A stretch of DNA of 63,986 bases, filler included, from Choristocarpus tenellus KU-1152 (Eukaryota > Protista > Phaeophyceae), in assembly GCA_964200185.2 (NCBI GenBank). It is 10 parts of 10 records of this genome, joined end to end, with 100 filler letters (N's around TTAATTAATTAA, not from the genome) between each part and the next. Parts side by side here need not be neighbours in the genome. Positions count along the whole stretch, not along the records: positions 1 to 3,153 come from CAXNAD020021924.1; positions 3,254 to 15,866 come from CAXNAD020001764.1; 8 more parts are not named here. One strand, 5' to 3'. The notes beneath the pieces were generated by a model that saw only the letters and a program-made list of their open reading frames with translations, searched no databases and was not told where the DNA came from. The translations under genes were made by a program, and so were the position numbers. This document shows positions 1 through 13,340 of the stretch, one piece after another; positions within the stretch are counted from its first letter, which is position 1, and each line of letters opens with the position of its first letter.

Positions 1-944
1 GATGGTTGACAGGCAATTAATAATTCAGTGTGTGCTTTACCATGTAATTCAACTGCTAGCTTCCGGCGACGAGCCTCATGTGCGCCAAGCTTCTCAACAT
101 CGTGGAGGGAAGGCAGGCAATGCGTTGCGTCCCGAGCATGTGGAAGCACTCCATGCGAGGAAGGCCATCTTCTCAAGCCTCGCGAAGCCTGAACCTTGGA
201 ACGACAGGTACTCAACGCGCCGAAACCTATGACACCTTCTTGTTGGGGCATACCCTAAGCTTGTAGAGTGGTGGGAGAAGGGTGACAAATGCGAATTCGA
301 GTCCGCCCACCAATTGAAATGGGTGATCAGTCATTTAAGTTTTTTGTTGAAGTACGGATCGAGTTACAGGTACACTGATTTGTGCATCAGTGTACCTTGC
401 CTTGGTGTCCGACTACCATGTTCATGCACTTTCCATTCGATGGATTATGCATTTAGACAGTGGTATCGGATACATTGCTTCCAGTCAGAGCCATCAGTGT
501 ATCATATGTGATACTCATCTTGAGGATTAGACCTGTGTTATTATTTGTTTAAAAGAGCGTGTCCAAAACAAGGTTTAGACTACTAAATATAAAACATTTT
601 TTTAACAACTCTTCTCCATCTTTTCAACTAAGTTTCCAATCAATTCACCATGGCCTGCGATGGATAACGTTGTCCTTCTGAAAGCCGCTAATTATTCCTT
701 GAACACTACGATGTGCATCCCCCCTGCTTCTCCATGCTCTATGCACAATCTCATGCTTTGTTCAAGTGTCGACAAACTAGAGCCGATCTCGTCCTCCTTC
801 GAATCTTGGAGGATCATATACCGAAGTCCATGCACGATGCTCCTAAGCACAACTCCAACCCAGAACCTCTGGAGGTATATCTTGAAATACTTTCAGAGAA
901 ACATACGAAAATAGACCTTGACCAATATCCATTCGTATACACAT

Positions 945-1691
945 CCAGAATCCGTCCACGCATTACATGAAAGATACAGTACACTAACCCGAAAACAAAA
1001 CCTGACCCTTTTCCCTTCCTTCATACCAACAACTTCAACCCTAACACCCTGAGCGACAACCACGTTTGTGTACATACTATATCCGACACATGCAAGCAAG
1101 TAACGAAGTACTATATTTAAAACAGTACATGATATATGTTTTGGTTTCTCGTGCACACACCGGGAGAACAGACCCTAACTGACAGTCCTCTTTGTGTATA
1201 TACCAGACACGACTCATGCTAGCAAATAAATGAAAAAACTAACCTCGCAACATTCCATAGTCTTTTTTCCAATAATTCCTCATGCTAACACTGGGGAAAC
1301 ACACCCTAACCGACAGCCCTCTTTACGTGCTAACCAAATCCCACTCATGCAACCAAACAGACCAATAACTAGCCCTGAAACAACCAATGGCATATCTCTT
1401 ATTCTTCATCCTAACTGCACGACCAACATACATAAACCAATAAGCCTGTTTGAACAGATTCGTAATCCGACACATGCAAACGTCAAAACTCCTAACCAAA
1501 CCCAAATAAATGGTGGCATATATTCCCATTCCTCTTGCGTACGCAACGACAGAAGGGAACCTAACCAACAGTCTTCTTTTTTTTGTTAACATTTCCAATC
1601 CGACACGTGTGACCAAATCACACCAAAAAGTGAAAATCGAAAAAAGGTTGAAAAACGGACGCCGGCACCCCCCCCCCAGATACTTTGACCC
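945..1691 (+). mobile_element. Right arm of a TIR DNA element: degenerate subterminal repeats ending in the family-B TIR
   Basis: Recurring motifs (A/T)ATCCGACACATGCAA (~1080, 1465, 1597) and CCTAACYRACAGYCYTCTTT (~1173, 1303, 1560). A ~70-bp block is shared by 1160-1230 and 1290-1360. Ends in (C)n-AGATACTTTGACCC at 1691, the same end as at 43974 and, inverted, 2970 and 27553. Confidence 0.55.
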
Positions 1692-2109
1692 CTTTCTATC
1701 TGGGGAACCTTTGCGACTATCCCGAGTTACAGATTTTATTCTGAAACTTTTTAGTAAATCGGAGTTCCACCTTTTGGGATTCCCCACGCGTGTACACTGC
1801 TCGCGTCGGTTAAAGTACAGGAACAAATAACTGACGCTACTCGCCTGGTGTCGCTTGGGAATGATATAATTTTAAAACCGAACAACCTCAAACTCCAAAC
1901 GTTGCTCATCGCGACGGACATCATATGGATCTTGCCACCTCATTTTGGGGGTTCTTTTTTGGGGGGTAGAGTGAAGGACAGTAGTATAATGCAGGTGTAA
2001 GATCCTTATAGTGCTTCCTAGATGGACTTTTGACCATCAAGTTAGAGTTCCGTGAATAGAGAAACCCAGCGTCACAGGGGTTTGAACCCACAAACCCGTT
2101 TTTAAAAGA

Positions 2110-2191
2110 TGATCGCTGTGGGGTTCGAACCCACGAGTACGAATACATGACGACCTGAACGCCACCCCTTAGACCGCTCGGGCAAACGATC
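2110..2191 (-). tRNA. trnL-CAG: tRNA-Leu(CAG)
   Basis: Minus strand GATCGTT-TG-CCCGAGCGGTCTAAGGG-G-TGGCG-TTCAGGT-CGTCA-(long variable arm)-GTGGG-TTCGAAC-CCCAC-AGCGATC-A. All stems pair, anticodon CAG, 82 nt, no intron, and TTTT (Pol III terminator) just downstream. Confidence 0.95.
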
Positions 2192-2969
2192 ACATACTTG
2201 ATGTCAGCACCAATGCAACTTTCAATAATACTGCACAAGAACACTACAAAAAATAATATAGTGTATTATTGGTGAACATCTAATATTTGAAGGTTACCAC
2301 CCGAAAGTGACCACAAAGTCACCAAGAACACATGACATACTGGTAAAGGTACGGGGTCAGGCGTATGAAGAGCGATTTTCGTAGGGGGTCGCTATGATTG
2401 TACATCTAAAAGGTAGAAAGGTGCACAAAATAACATAAACGACTCTCAAGCCTTCTCCAAACCCCTCAAAAGGCAGTCCCTGCACGATTGAAAAACTTTT
2501 CTTCCCCTTCGTGATTATCAATTAATCAATAACCTTGAAAGTAATTAGAAAAAAAACAATCAGAGATTCCAAACTATCTATGTGTCACAACAACGGTACT
2601 GAGCGTCCTCGAGGCTCAGTGGTTAATCTCGTTTCAATTTTCCAATGTCCACATGGCAACCGCCACACATGGTGCACCTGTGCTATCCTATCTGTCGCTA
2701 TGTCACAAAAACTCCGCTCCAATATTGACATGGGAAGGCTTCATCCCTATGTGACGCTGGGGTGGGTCTAGCTCTAGCTCAAGATTCAAGGGAAGAGTTG
2801 TAACAAGAAGTGGTGGAATGTCTGAGTCCAACGAGCGAGAAGGAAGGCAAGAATAGAGGCAGTACAATTAGTTGTAGATAGTGCAACAATTAGTTGCAGT
2901 TAATTAGAATAAACACCCACAGTACCAACTTGCTGAAACTAAGTATACCTTGTATACTACTTGGCATTT

Positions 2970-3121
2970 GGCTCAAAGTATCTGGGGGGGGTGACGGCTG
3001 TCCAGTTGGGGCCAATTTTTTCATATAGCGTTTTTTGGGTGATTTGGTTCCATACGTTGGATGGATAATGAAAATACACTTTTCCTGGTTTTGGTCCAAA
3101 TGGACACTCTGGTGTAGACCC
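2970..3121 (+). mobile_element. MITE family B copy (TIR GGCTCAAAGTATCT-Gn), running into the contig end
   Basis: Closely similar to 27553-27638 and to the reverse complement of 38780-38939. Confidence 0.75.
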
Positions 3122-3153
3122 CACCTTTTCCCCTCACCCCTCTTTTTTTCTTT

Positions 3154-3253
3154 NNNNNNNNNNNNNNNNNNNNNNNNNNNNNNNNNNNNNNNNNNNNTTA
3201 ATTAATTAANNNNNNNNNNNNNNNNNNNNNNNNNNNNNNNNNNNNNNNNNNNN
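3154..3253. other. Artificial contig-joining spacer (N44-TTAATTAATTAA-N44), first of nine
   Basis: Identical 100-nt spacers at 3154-3253, 15867-15966, 22779-22878, 27639-27738, 30993-31092, 37576-37675, 43824-43923, 53886-53985 and 59978-60077. The central 12-mer gives stops in all six frames. Confidence 0.98.
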
Positions 3254-6200
3254 GGATCCGGTGTTTGCTATCAAAAAGATAGGACGTCAATATTGGCGAC
3301 TGAACAGTTGATCGACTACTTTATCCTGATGTTTCTCCCAGGGATAAGGTTGATGAGATGGTGGTGGTGACGAACACCAACTTGAGGCGTGGCAGGCGTC
3401 CTTCAAGTGCCTCTGACATACTGTACATGTTGGGTGCTCTGCCTGGCAAGACAGGTGCCAAGGCACGGATGACAGACAGGCAGGACATTGGGTAATAGAG
3501 GATAACCCAGAATTGATGCTGGGTCCTGACTCCAGTTGTTTGTTGTCCTTCTCTCCCTTCAGGGAGATTGTCTCTGCGTTAGGCTTGGCTAGTAGGACAG
3601 GGGAGGAAGTGGAGGGGACTTGAGGAGCCGAAGATAGGTGAGGTGGGTGGAAGTGATGGATGGGCTTTGTAAATATGTGGAATGGCAATTGGGCTGTGCA
3701 CTGTTTCAGCTGTTACGTGAGCTGACTGTTGATGAATTGGTATCATCTCGGAAGGGAATAGATCGGAATGTAGGAGGTTCTGGTGTGAGACTGTATCACA
3801 GGGATTTCACCAGGCGTGTTGAATGTTCATCGGTCACATGGCAGGACAATCGTGGGACCGAGAACAGGTGTGGCAGCAGGAGTGGTAGCCCTAACCCTAG
3901 ACATCAGGATCGTCACTTTGCAGTTTTTTGATGACCATCCTAGGTACCACCAGGTTACGACTGCATGTGAAGGTGGTTCCAGTAGGGTTGGGAACCAAAG
4001 GCGGAGACTGGTGAAGCGCTGTGGGTGTGGGAGGAGAAACCCTCAGATAAGATTTCCTGTGCAACTTTCTTGACGAGGTGTAAACTGTACTGTTGTGGTC
4101 TATGGTGTACTCTCGAAGGAGGGAGTGCATGTCAAAGCACTGTGCATTCTAATAGGTCTAAGATGCTTATGGTTTCTGTTTAAATGTCTCTCAAAGGGGC
4201 ATGGCTTGGGCATGCTTGGGGATTGATTTGCACTGAGGTTTCCTGTCCGATCTGATGTGCTATTTTTGGGGTGGTTTTCGTGTCTGCCCTGTAGTAAGTG
4301 GTAGTGTGTAACAAACCATATATATATATATATTTTTTTTTGTTTAAGGACGACTTTCTGTTGATGGGGAGTTGTCTCGGCCAGAACCAGAGGAAGTTCA
4401 CAGGTTGGGTTTCTAGGTTGTTATGAGTGTGGGATTTGAACTTTAAATTGTGACATCATGGTATGGTGTGAACCAGGCAATGAACTGCGATATATTGTAT
4501 TTGAGTGTCTGTGAAAGGGCACGGGCTAGGGAGTTTTGGGCATGGACATCTGGGCTTCCTGAATTGCACACTTTTCGGGTAAGGTATGATATACTTGGGA
4601 CCATAAAAATACGTATGTTTTAAATATATAGATGGACGTTATTATGTCGACAACGTAATGTTGCAGGTAGGTTGGCGTATGTCTGTACGCACTATGTTTC
4701 AAGAATATTATTTTGAAATGAAAAAAGAAAATTGTAAAAGAAAACGTGAGAGATGGATGACGACCCGAGAAGAAGAAGTAGGTAACGTCATTTTTGAAGC
4801 TCTCACAAACAAAGAATCAAACACCACCACAAACCAATCCCAACCCCACCACCTGTCACAGTTCGATGAAGTAGATTAGAGGGATTAATGGCAGGGTATC
4901 GCCATCTATAAGATCGGCGCAAGTTGTTACGGACCAGGCCAGATACGTTGACGTGTTTCTTCTGTCATCTCCTGGCATGATTTGATGCCCGTTTTTGGGG
5001 GTAATTCATTCCATACATTCCATACTGTGTGACGAGCTGAAGCGACAAAGGTGGTCAATGCATTCGGTTCCCTTTTGAAATACGCGATGCAAAACTTAGC
5101 CTGTGTGAGGTCGACTAATGATACAAATGTGAAGACATGGTGTGGAACGATGGTCGGGTCGACCCATGAAGTAGGGATAAAGCACGAAGAGTGGGTTGTG
5201 GTCTACACTTAGGATGGCGTGACTTTTGTTGAGTACGTAGCGTCAGCGTCATGATTGATGACCGGTATGTCAGCTGGACATTCGAATCTTTTATGCGATC
5301 GAGAGAGCTCAAGCCCCAGGTCAGGGGTTGCTTGTTAGGAGGTGATCCGAAGGACCAGGGATGAAGATTTGGACGAGAATATGGAAGGTAGAGCGGCGAG
5401 GAGGATTGCTCTAGAGAAACCGACTAGGTTGTCGGGTCAATTCGTTCTCGTTGAAGAGGTTCAGAACAGAACAAGGGGCAAACCTTGAAGGTGTATGAGC
5501 ATGTGTTGGATGCCTCGTGCTACGAGGATTACGACGAAACGTAAGAGAGTTAGGGCGAAATGAAGAGTATTGCTTGCGGGGGAGCTTTTTAATTAAGACT
5601 GAAGCTGCCGAGGCTGATAATGTTAAGCCTTTTTGCCTCTAATTCCGAACTTGGTTTGCATTTCCACTGCGTTTTCTTTCTTTACAATCTGGAGTTGTGC
5701 TGAGGGCGAAGGGTGGCATGCACTTCACATGCTTAATCAAAACGGCACACAAACGTATTCCTGAGGAGTATCTAAACAATATTATGACCCCCAAAAAATT
5801 GGTGATTGTATCGCTGTAGAAGATGAAGTTTAAGGAGCATGAGCTGGGGAGGCCTGGGAATAGATTTTGATGTACTTTTTCTCAACAAACCGGTGTACTC
5901 ATTTTGCCGAGATTTTGTATCTGGTCCAATGGGGTGAGACAGCAAATAGCGATTTCTAGATCTTTTTTTTTTCTGTGACATCTATTTTAGGTTTTGTTGG
6001 ATTGTCTATCTCCACAGTAGTATATGTTATCATATAGACTTCCATGGTGTTTTGAGTGTAGGATTTGTATGTATTTTTCATAATGACTTTGTTGAGGGAC
6101 ACTACAGAGTTAAATATAGTTAGTACAGTTAATGCAGTTAAATATAGGGCGTAGCAAACAAGCATGTGTTTTTTCCGAAAGGTGAATGATGAAATTCATT

Positions 6201-7194
6201 GAATTGCCTGTTGAAAAGGCATTAACTGGGGAGGCTTGTAAGGAACTTCTGTGTGTCTCAGAACAGGTACTTACTGGAATCGCCTCTGTAATGATGTAAT
6301 ACTATAGTAGTTGATCAAGAGCAGTTATTGGACTGATGCTGTTGATTGTTCCAAATGGGGGCAGAAAAGGTGTGTGCGTGTGCTGATGAGGTTTAGGACC
6401 AAAGGGTTTGTTCCCTTTTTTCCTTTTTTGTATTAATATCATCTTAGATGGGGATTAAAGTAGGATATCTAGGTATGCCATTCTGTTACCTGTAGCACAG
6501 CTTATGTTAGAGATAGGTTTAGGGCAAATTATTCTGCTGTGTGTTGATGGTAATGCTATAGTTTGTTACAGGTAGAGTATTTGTTATGTTAGATACAGTA
6601 TAAGTGTAGTTCATGTTTAGGGTTAGGTTATGATCTTGTGTATATATCATCAAATATAGGGTTGGAATGATATGAGACTTACCTTCTTGCCACACTTAGC
6701 CTTGTCCCTTCAATCTTGCCATCATAATGACCATCATCCCAAACTTAACCTTCCCACCTCACATTGCATAATTCCTATCAACCTAACACTCACATTCACA
6801 GGTTACAATGTTAGTGTTTGGGTTAAAACATCAGCAGCTAAGATTGACAGTAGACCAGAGCAAAATCAGTTGCATGCATACTCTCCTCTCTTAATTCCCC
6901 TGCATGAAATAGCACAATTATCTCGTTCACCAAAGTTCCAGTCCTTCTAGCTTGTATTTTATGTGGCCTACTTCTTTCAGTAGTGCTGTAAGTGACTAGG
7001 TGTGTGTTTTACTCAGAACTGAACCCTAACCCTAACGTAACATACCCAAACACAAGATCATTGACTGAGCTCCTGCCCCGGCCCACACCCTTGTCCTCTT
7101 GTTGCTGCTGTTCTTGCACTGTTGCAATTGATATTTAACTGTGCTTCTTTCGGACATGTCTGATTCATTTATGTTAAACGGCCTCCTTACAAAG

Positions 7195-8683
7195 GAACAC
7201 CACTCTGGAAGAGAAAGTAAGCAAATGTAATATAATGTGACATTATGTGCACCTATGTCTGTTCCATGATTATGTGTATGATTTCTTTCTGTGGGGTTAT
7301 GTTGTAATACTTGATCGTGTATATCAACCTCGAGGTATAGTACACCTTGTTCTCCAAAGCCAAGCTAGCCCCAACACCTTCCCTTCCACACGATTTATAC
7401 AAAACTTCAGCACTTGATACATAAAACTTTAACACCCATGATGGTAAGACGATTCTCTACGAATATACATTGATCTTTCACATAATGCTAATAGCTTTGT
7501 GTCTGGAAAACTTGTAACGTGGTTAGATTGAATCGCCAAATTATGAATGTCTACGCTGCAAAGTGTACAAGACCCTAACTCTAAACTTCACTGTTGAAAG
7601 AGTGAAGCCTAGTGTGAGGGATTTGTGCACTCTACTGGGTAGGACAGTTTTATTTTGGTGGTTTAATCTTGACCATGTATCCGGCTTTTCTGTATATACC
7701 ATGGCAACAATCGGAAGACTTGGTTTTCTGTGCAGACAACTTCCAATGTACATTGATTTGTTTATGTCGATACATTTGAGTTCTTGTTTCTTTATCCCCA
7801 AGTCAAACATTTATCCAAATCTCTCTCGTTGTACCACTTGTAATGAACATAATCATACCCATGACCCTATCCGAAATATTTTCACTCCAACATCATTTTG
7901 AGTAATGCTTAGACAACCAGACTTCAAACCTGACAATATAATGCTAGTATTCTTCATTTTTTCTGCTTAATCTCAATGCCACCCCACCATGGTTCATACC
8001 AATGAGGGACCAAAATTTGGTGGTGGTGAGTATCCTGTCCAACCCTACCTTCACTTTCGTTAACCTCAAGCCCTACTAAAGCATATTCCCTTACTCCTGA
8101 ACACAAGCAGTATCAACAAAGTTACTGTGTATATTGATACCCAGTTTCTATTTACAGCATGTACTGTGTGTGTAGAGTGCGAAACAATCTCTGTTGTTTC
8201 TTGTCCTTGTCTGCCATGGCTGTTTCTTGGAGTGAAACCCACTACTAGGAGTAGGGTTGATTTGGAGGATTTGGGTCCATCGGCCTTTATTCCTCAAGAT
8301 CGTTCTGCATTGTACGCCATGGTCCATGCCTAGAATGCTAAAATGCTCCATAGGAGGGTACGGTTGTAGAAGAGAAGATAGGCCGTTTACATAATGTATA
8401 TAGCCCAAAGCACCGCTCTAGAGTGGTCAACACATGCTTCACATTAAGTAGTCATGTGGGTTACTGAACTCAAGGAAATTGCCTCTCTGATTTTATAATC
8501 TTAAGTCTGTTTTTGTTAGTATGTACACGTATGTTCTCTTACGTACATACACATATTTTGGCGTACCTTTGTATGTATGCATGCTATATGGCATCCGTTA
8601 GGAACAGGCCGTTGAAGAAGTTATGACCAAACTGAGCCTCGCTGAAGCAGCAGAGACAATTGTGGGTGACCTCAAGAACCCAG
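7195..8683 (+). CDS. ABCG-type ABC transporter, partial (two internal NBD exons: 7195-7216 and 8602-8683)
   Basis: Spliced peptide (x)NTTLEEK|EQAVEEVMTKLSLAEAAETIVGDLKNP(G) matches the ABCG NBD stretch before the signature motif (EEK..VEEV..LGL...ADT.VG...GISGG). Splice sites aag/gtaagc and tag/gtcagc, phases compatible. No other exons found in this contig. Confidence 0.65.
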
Positions 8684-9759
8684 GTCAGCACCAGAGGACA
8701 GTCGCTTTGTCCCTCTATGTAGCTCATTTAAGGAACGTTGGATATATTTCCCTCCACCTCTGGGAAAAGCCCCCATAGATTACCTTACGTCTACCACCAA
8801 GCACCATGTTAGCTACTGGCCCAAAAAAGTGTCGTGTGGAATGGGTTGTTACTTTTCTTTTTATTCATAGTTCATGACTATACAACCATGCGAACAATCG
8901 ATTATCCCCAACACAGTTCAGAGGAGGGGGAGTGAATTGCGCACTCCCGAAACGTGAGGGCCTTGCACCAGGTCGGCAGTTACATAGAATTGGTCTTTGC
9001 TTGGATCCACTAAAGCATGTCTGAAAGACTTCTGTCTAATGTAGTTTTAAAAAAAAATCTGCTGTGACTGATCCCCCATTTTGACCTGATCGAAACTTTT
9101 GATGGGATGGGTAATGACACTTTTTGTAACCAAGCTGGTTTGGTTGAAACTGATGATATCGATGATGAAACTGCGTGACAGAAAAATAAGAATAAATGCA
9201 TTCGAGAACGATAGTGAGCTTGACAGAAAAATCTCATACACATCAGGTCAACTTATTTAGGTGATGTAAAGGTGCTGCTCATTTTTTTATTTTTTTTCAA
9301 GAGAAATGCCTCAAAAAAGGTGAAACGGCCGGATGGTTTTCTCTTCTGCAGCACATTTGTTTCGTGGGTGGTAAGAGGAGGTATGGGTTTGAACCTCTCA
9401 TTCCATCCAACCTCTATTTTGGAATACAAATTTGAATCGATTTGACCATCCACAATCCATTTACTTGGATGACACAACTGGATTGCGTAAAGCTGGTGAA
9501 TGAGTCAGGTGCTAGGGTATTTATCTTTTGACCTTTTATGTCCCGGGTTGTGGAAGGATTATGAAGTGATGCTATTAAATGGGCTCTCCTGTCCTTGACA
9601 CTCAGCTGTTCTACTCCGCACCTATGAAATTTCGGAAGGCGAGGGAGGGTGGATACGAAATTTCAAAAGGTAACACATTGATCTGCACAAGGTCATACTT
9701 AGAAGCAACTATTTGTGACTTCCTCGAGTTACTGACAAAGTCTCGAATCAGGAAATTGT

Positions 9760-11110
9760 GAGTGGAGCTTTGGGGACCAAGAAAGAATATATATATATTT
9801 CTCAATTTTGAACAATTTTGGAACTCCTCCAAGGTAGGAATGGCACAGATCATCTCATGTCTGGAAAGAATGATGGAATATATGGGCACTATTAAAGATG
9901 ATGCTTCAATCTTCCTGTTGAACTGAACAAGTTTGCCATCTCATTGCTGGTACTGGATCCATAGTACTAACAATGCGCAATGGAGATTTGTTCAAATGTA
10001 CCCCTGCGAAACTCTTCTAGGGCTCAGTGGCAAGGTTCTGAAAGTGAATGTTCAGTGTGGGACGTTGAGGACAGCCTTCGTACAGTAGGCTTACCAAAAC
10101 TCTGTGGCATGTACATGTAAGCCTGACCCCTGAAACTCACCTTCTTAGGGTTGTAGTGAGGAAAGTCGATGTCCAGCTGTGGCTCTGGTTGAGAAAGTGG
10201 GGTTTGCTCTATGTGACCACAGGCGTCCCACTCCTCCTAGTTCCCCAGCTAAAACTTGCCTGGATGACTGGTAGAGCAGTGATTCCCCCCTATGGCAGTA
10301 ATAAAGAAAATGTGAATGGGTTGAATCCTACACAATTGTGTCTTGTTACCCTTTGAACAAATTCAGAATGGCCTGACTGGCTGGAAGTCATGGTGTAGAG
10401 TTCTGTATCGCTAGAAATGCTGTAACACCATCTGTCACCACGTAGCCTTGAGCAATCATCTTTGGGCCCCTGCATATTTTGTGCACATTCTGAATCCGCC
10501 CAATCTAGAGCGGCTTTGGATTAGTCACCCCTCTATTCAAATATGACTTGTTCTGGGCTTGAACTTGAAAATATGGAAGCAAGAGGGAGGGATGACGAAA
10601 TCGATTCTCAGTGAGGAACAATGAGTGAACATAGTAACTCGTAGAGATGGGATATACCTGCAGGACTGAAGGGTCATTGCAGAAGCTCAGGCATGAAATA
10701 TATTGAGAAAATGGCGATCCCAACACCCACAGTTGCATAGTTGCCTAGCTCAATGTATGCCTCCCCTTTAGATTCCTCAAGCTTGTGTTCCAACTCTCTG
10801 TATTTGGGTGTTAGCCTGCACTTTTTGATATCACCACATTATTTGGTTCTACCATTGTTGTACTTCACTGAAGCATAGCCAACAAAACCCCCCTTTGAAG
10901 AACACGGTGTTGTCAACGGGCGTGTGATAGGCGACCACAGCAACATCCCTTAGTTCCGGTATAGTGTATTATTTCAGTGAACCCTGCTCCCATGAAACGT
11001 CTATCGTGAAAGTGGTGCCCATGTAACCGTTAAATTGCACAGGTTCATACATGTAGGAACCTCTTCCAAATCATAAACCCTTCTGGCAAAGGCATGCGCC
11101 GTGTACGACG
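9760..11110 (-). pseudogene. Decayed coding relic, probably an unclassified DNA transposon inside the ABCG intron
   Basis: Long protein-like stretches broken by stops and frameshifts (e.g. GRGSYMYEPVQFNGYMGTTFTIDVSW, KCRLTPKYRELEHKLEESKGEAYIELGNY). No family motif securely recognised. Confidence 0.25.
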
Positions 11111-13110
11111 AGAAACACACAGTGAACTTACGACCAACACCCTCTGTGGCAATCAATGCGGTCTATTGTTTGTTAAGGCTTGGTTCTGGTTCTGCAAGAA
11201 TCTCGATTATATCATCCTTAGGAAAGGAAGTCATTTCAACTCTCTTGCAGGGAGTCTCTACTTTGTAATTCAGGACGTGAATCAGGTTAGGGTTAGAAAG
11301 ACGAAGAGCACCTAAAGCAATTAATAATAATAATTAATAATTAATAATATCAAGAACAGTTTTTTTTTTGTGGTACCACATTTGGTAACTACACTTGTAT
11401 CTTCCATTGATGGAAGTAAGTAAATCCCTTTGAACACCTTTCCCCTCGGTTCTAGAAGTAATCTTATCAATTTGATCTAAAAATGCTCTGCTGTCATTTT
11501 CCACAGGATTCGCAGCATTCAGTATTGTTTTGTCTTCAATATGAGCATTTTGATCTGACTTCAAAAAAAAATTGCTTTGTGAGATGAGGCTTAGGGTTAA
11601 GGAGTCCGATTTTTCCTGTTTAGAGCTTTTGTAAGATAACTTTGGATATTTTTTTTTAGCTTTTTTTTCGTTAAGACATGTCTTGGCAGTTTATTATTTT
11701 TTCGAGTCAATGCTAGATCTTGTTCTTTCGTCTAGTTGTTTTAGTTTATTAGGTGCTTTGTGTTGAAAAGCTAAAAATAATAATAAAATATCCTAACTTC
11801 CAAAGAAAGTTCGATTTTAAATATGTGTTTTTGGTGTTTCAGTGAGTGTGTCATATTATTATAAATTCAAGTAAATTTTTCTTTTTTTTATAATAACAAG
11901 AATAGCTTGACAGATAGTTAACACCCTAACATATCCGGAATATTGCACTTTGGACCTAGAAATTCTGCAAAATTTCGTTGATGTTTGTCAGAAGTGGTTT
12001 CCCCTGCCAAGAACATTTTTTGATAATGTGATGGTGCTTGACGTGATGGGACTATGAATCAAACCCTGAGCATTTGATCGGTGACTCTTCCGGACTCAAC
12101 CTACGGCTGTTGGTAATGCTGATCTTCACCTTGATGGGGTAGGGTGCCCGTTTGCATTTGCAGTCCCACTTCCAACGACCCCTGCTTTCTCAGCTTTTCA
12201 CCTCCTTCACCAAATCTGTGAATAATTGAGATGGGATTTAGGAAACGCCACCTGAACTTTGATGGCCTGTGTGTGGTGATATCTCCCAGAGCTTCTTCCT
12301 CTTTCCCCAACATCACCCCCCATGCACCCACCATGTAATCACCCGGATTGTGTGTGTGGTGTGAAACCTGTGGATGGTTGTGGATACTTCCCCTCCCTAT
12401 CCTTCTCATCTTTCTTGTCTCCCCTGAAGTGAGTAGGCCCCCATCGAATCAGTGTTTTGTCACCCATCTTGCTCAATCTGGCTGGCTGCCTTGATCATAT
12501 GAGCACACCATCCAATAACTAACGAATATGATAGCTTCAATAGGCAGTTCTGCGCTTGCTGATAGTCAAAGCTATGGTCCAATTATTCTGCGCCAATCAA
12601 AGCAAATTCAGCTATTAACTGAAGGATGAGTAATTTGAGAGGATGGCCCTGAAGATGATGGGGTGGAGGGCAGTACAATAACCTTGGTCTCTCTGTTGAT
12701 ATTGATCCACCCTGTCCATATGGTGTCTGGATTGTAGGTAGAGTGAGAGGTAGAAGAAGAATGAGTTGTGATGGAAGGGAAAAAATAAAGAAGAAAGCAC
12801 AGGAAGAGTGGACCCATCTCCAATGGGGGGGGGAGCAAAGTGCCATGGATGTTGCCTTGAGAATGCTGGCAAGAACAATTGGGGTTGTTTTCCACTGTCA
12901 CAAAGTCCCAAAAGAACTTCCTCTGTAAGATGCTTGTTCAGAATGTCACATCCCCCAAATCCCCAAAATGCACTTCTGAGAAGCACTACTTCTTAACCAT
13001 GTATAGATGGTCTCAGGTATATGTATAAATATTGAAGAAAGAGCTAGAAATGTCTTTTTTTGGGGGGGGGGAGGGGGAAATTTTAGATGAACACATATAT
13101 AGTTTTGGTA

Positions 13111-13340
13111 GATATCTTGTAAGATGTATGTATTCAATCATTTTTGCTGTTGCAGAGTGAAGTAACTAACAACCATGAATTTTTCGATCTGGACAAGATA
13201 TTTTAGATATTTTGTAAGATGTATGTATGTATTCAATCATTTTCAATCATTTTCACTGTTGCAGAGTGAAGTAACGACCGTGATTTTTGTTTGTTTGTTT
13301 GTTTGAAGATCTTGAGGAATTTTTCGATTTAAACAAGAAA
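13111..13340 (+). repeat. Imperfect tandem duplication (~90-130 bp x2)
   Basis: GATATYTTGTAAGATGTATGTATTCAATCATTTT...CTGTTGCAGAGTGAAGTAAC...TTTTCGATYT occurs at ~13111 and ~13207. Confidence 0.7.

Noticed and set aside
60-207. Possible exon (tag...ag|gtactc) with two open frames
   Set aside because: Frame is ambiguous, there is no motif, and no neighbouring exons link to it.
3198-3209. Recurrent palindrome TTAATTAATTAA
   Set aside because: Assembly linker inside N-runs, not genomic sequence.
3254-4150. Pro/His/Cys-rich minus-strand ORFs (similar character at 16000-17200) suggesting retroelement 5' regions
   Set aside because: No diagnostic motif could be read, so the family cannot be supported.
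8250-8333. DLEDLGPSAFIPQDRSALY resembling the ABCG Q-loop (AYV.QDD)
   Set aside because: It lies downstream of the NTTLEEK exon (wrong order), runs into a stop without the LTV.E motif, and has no convincing splice sites.
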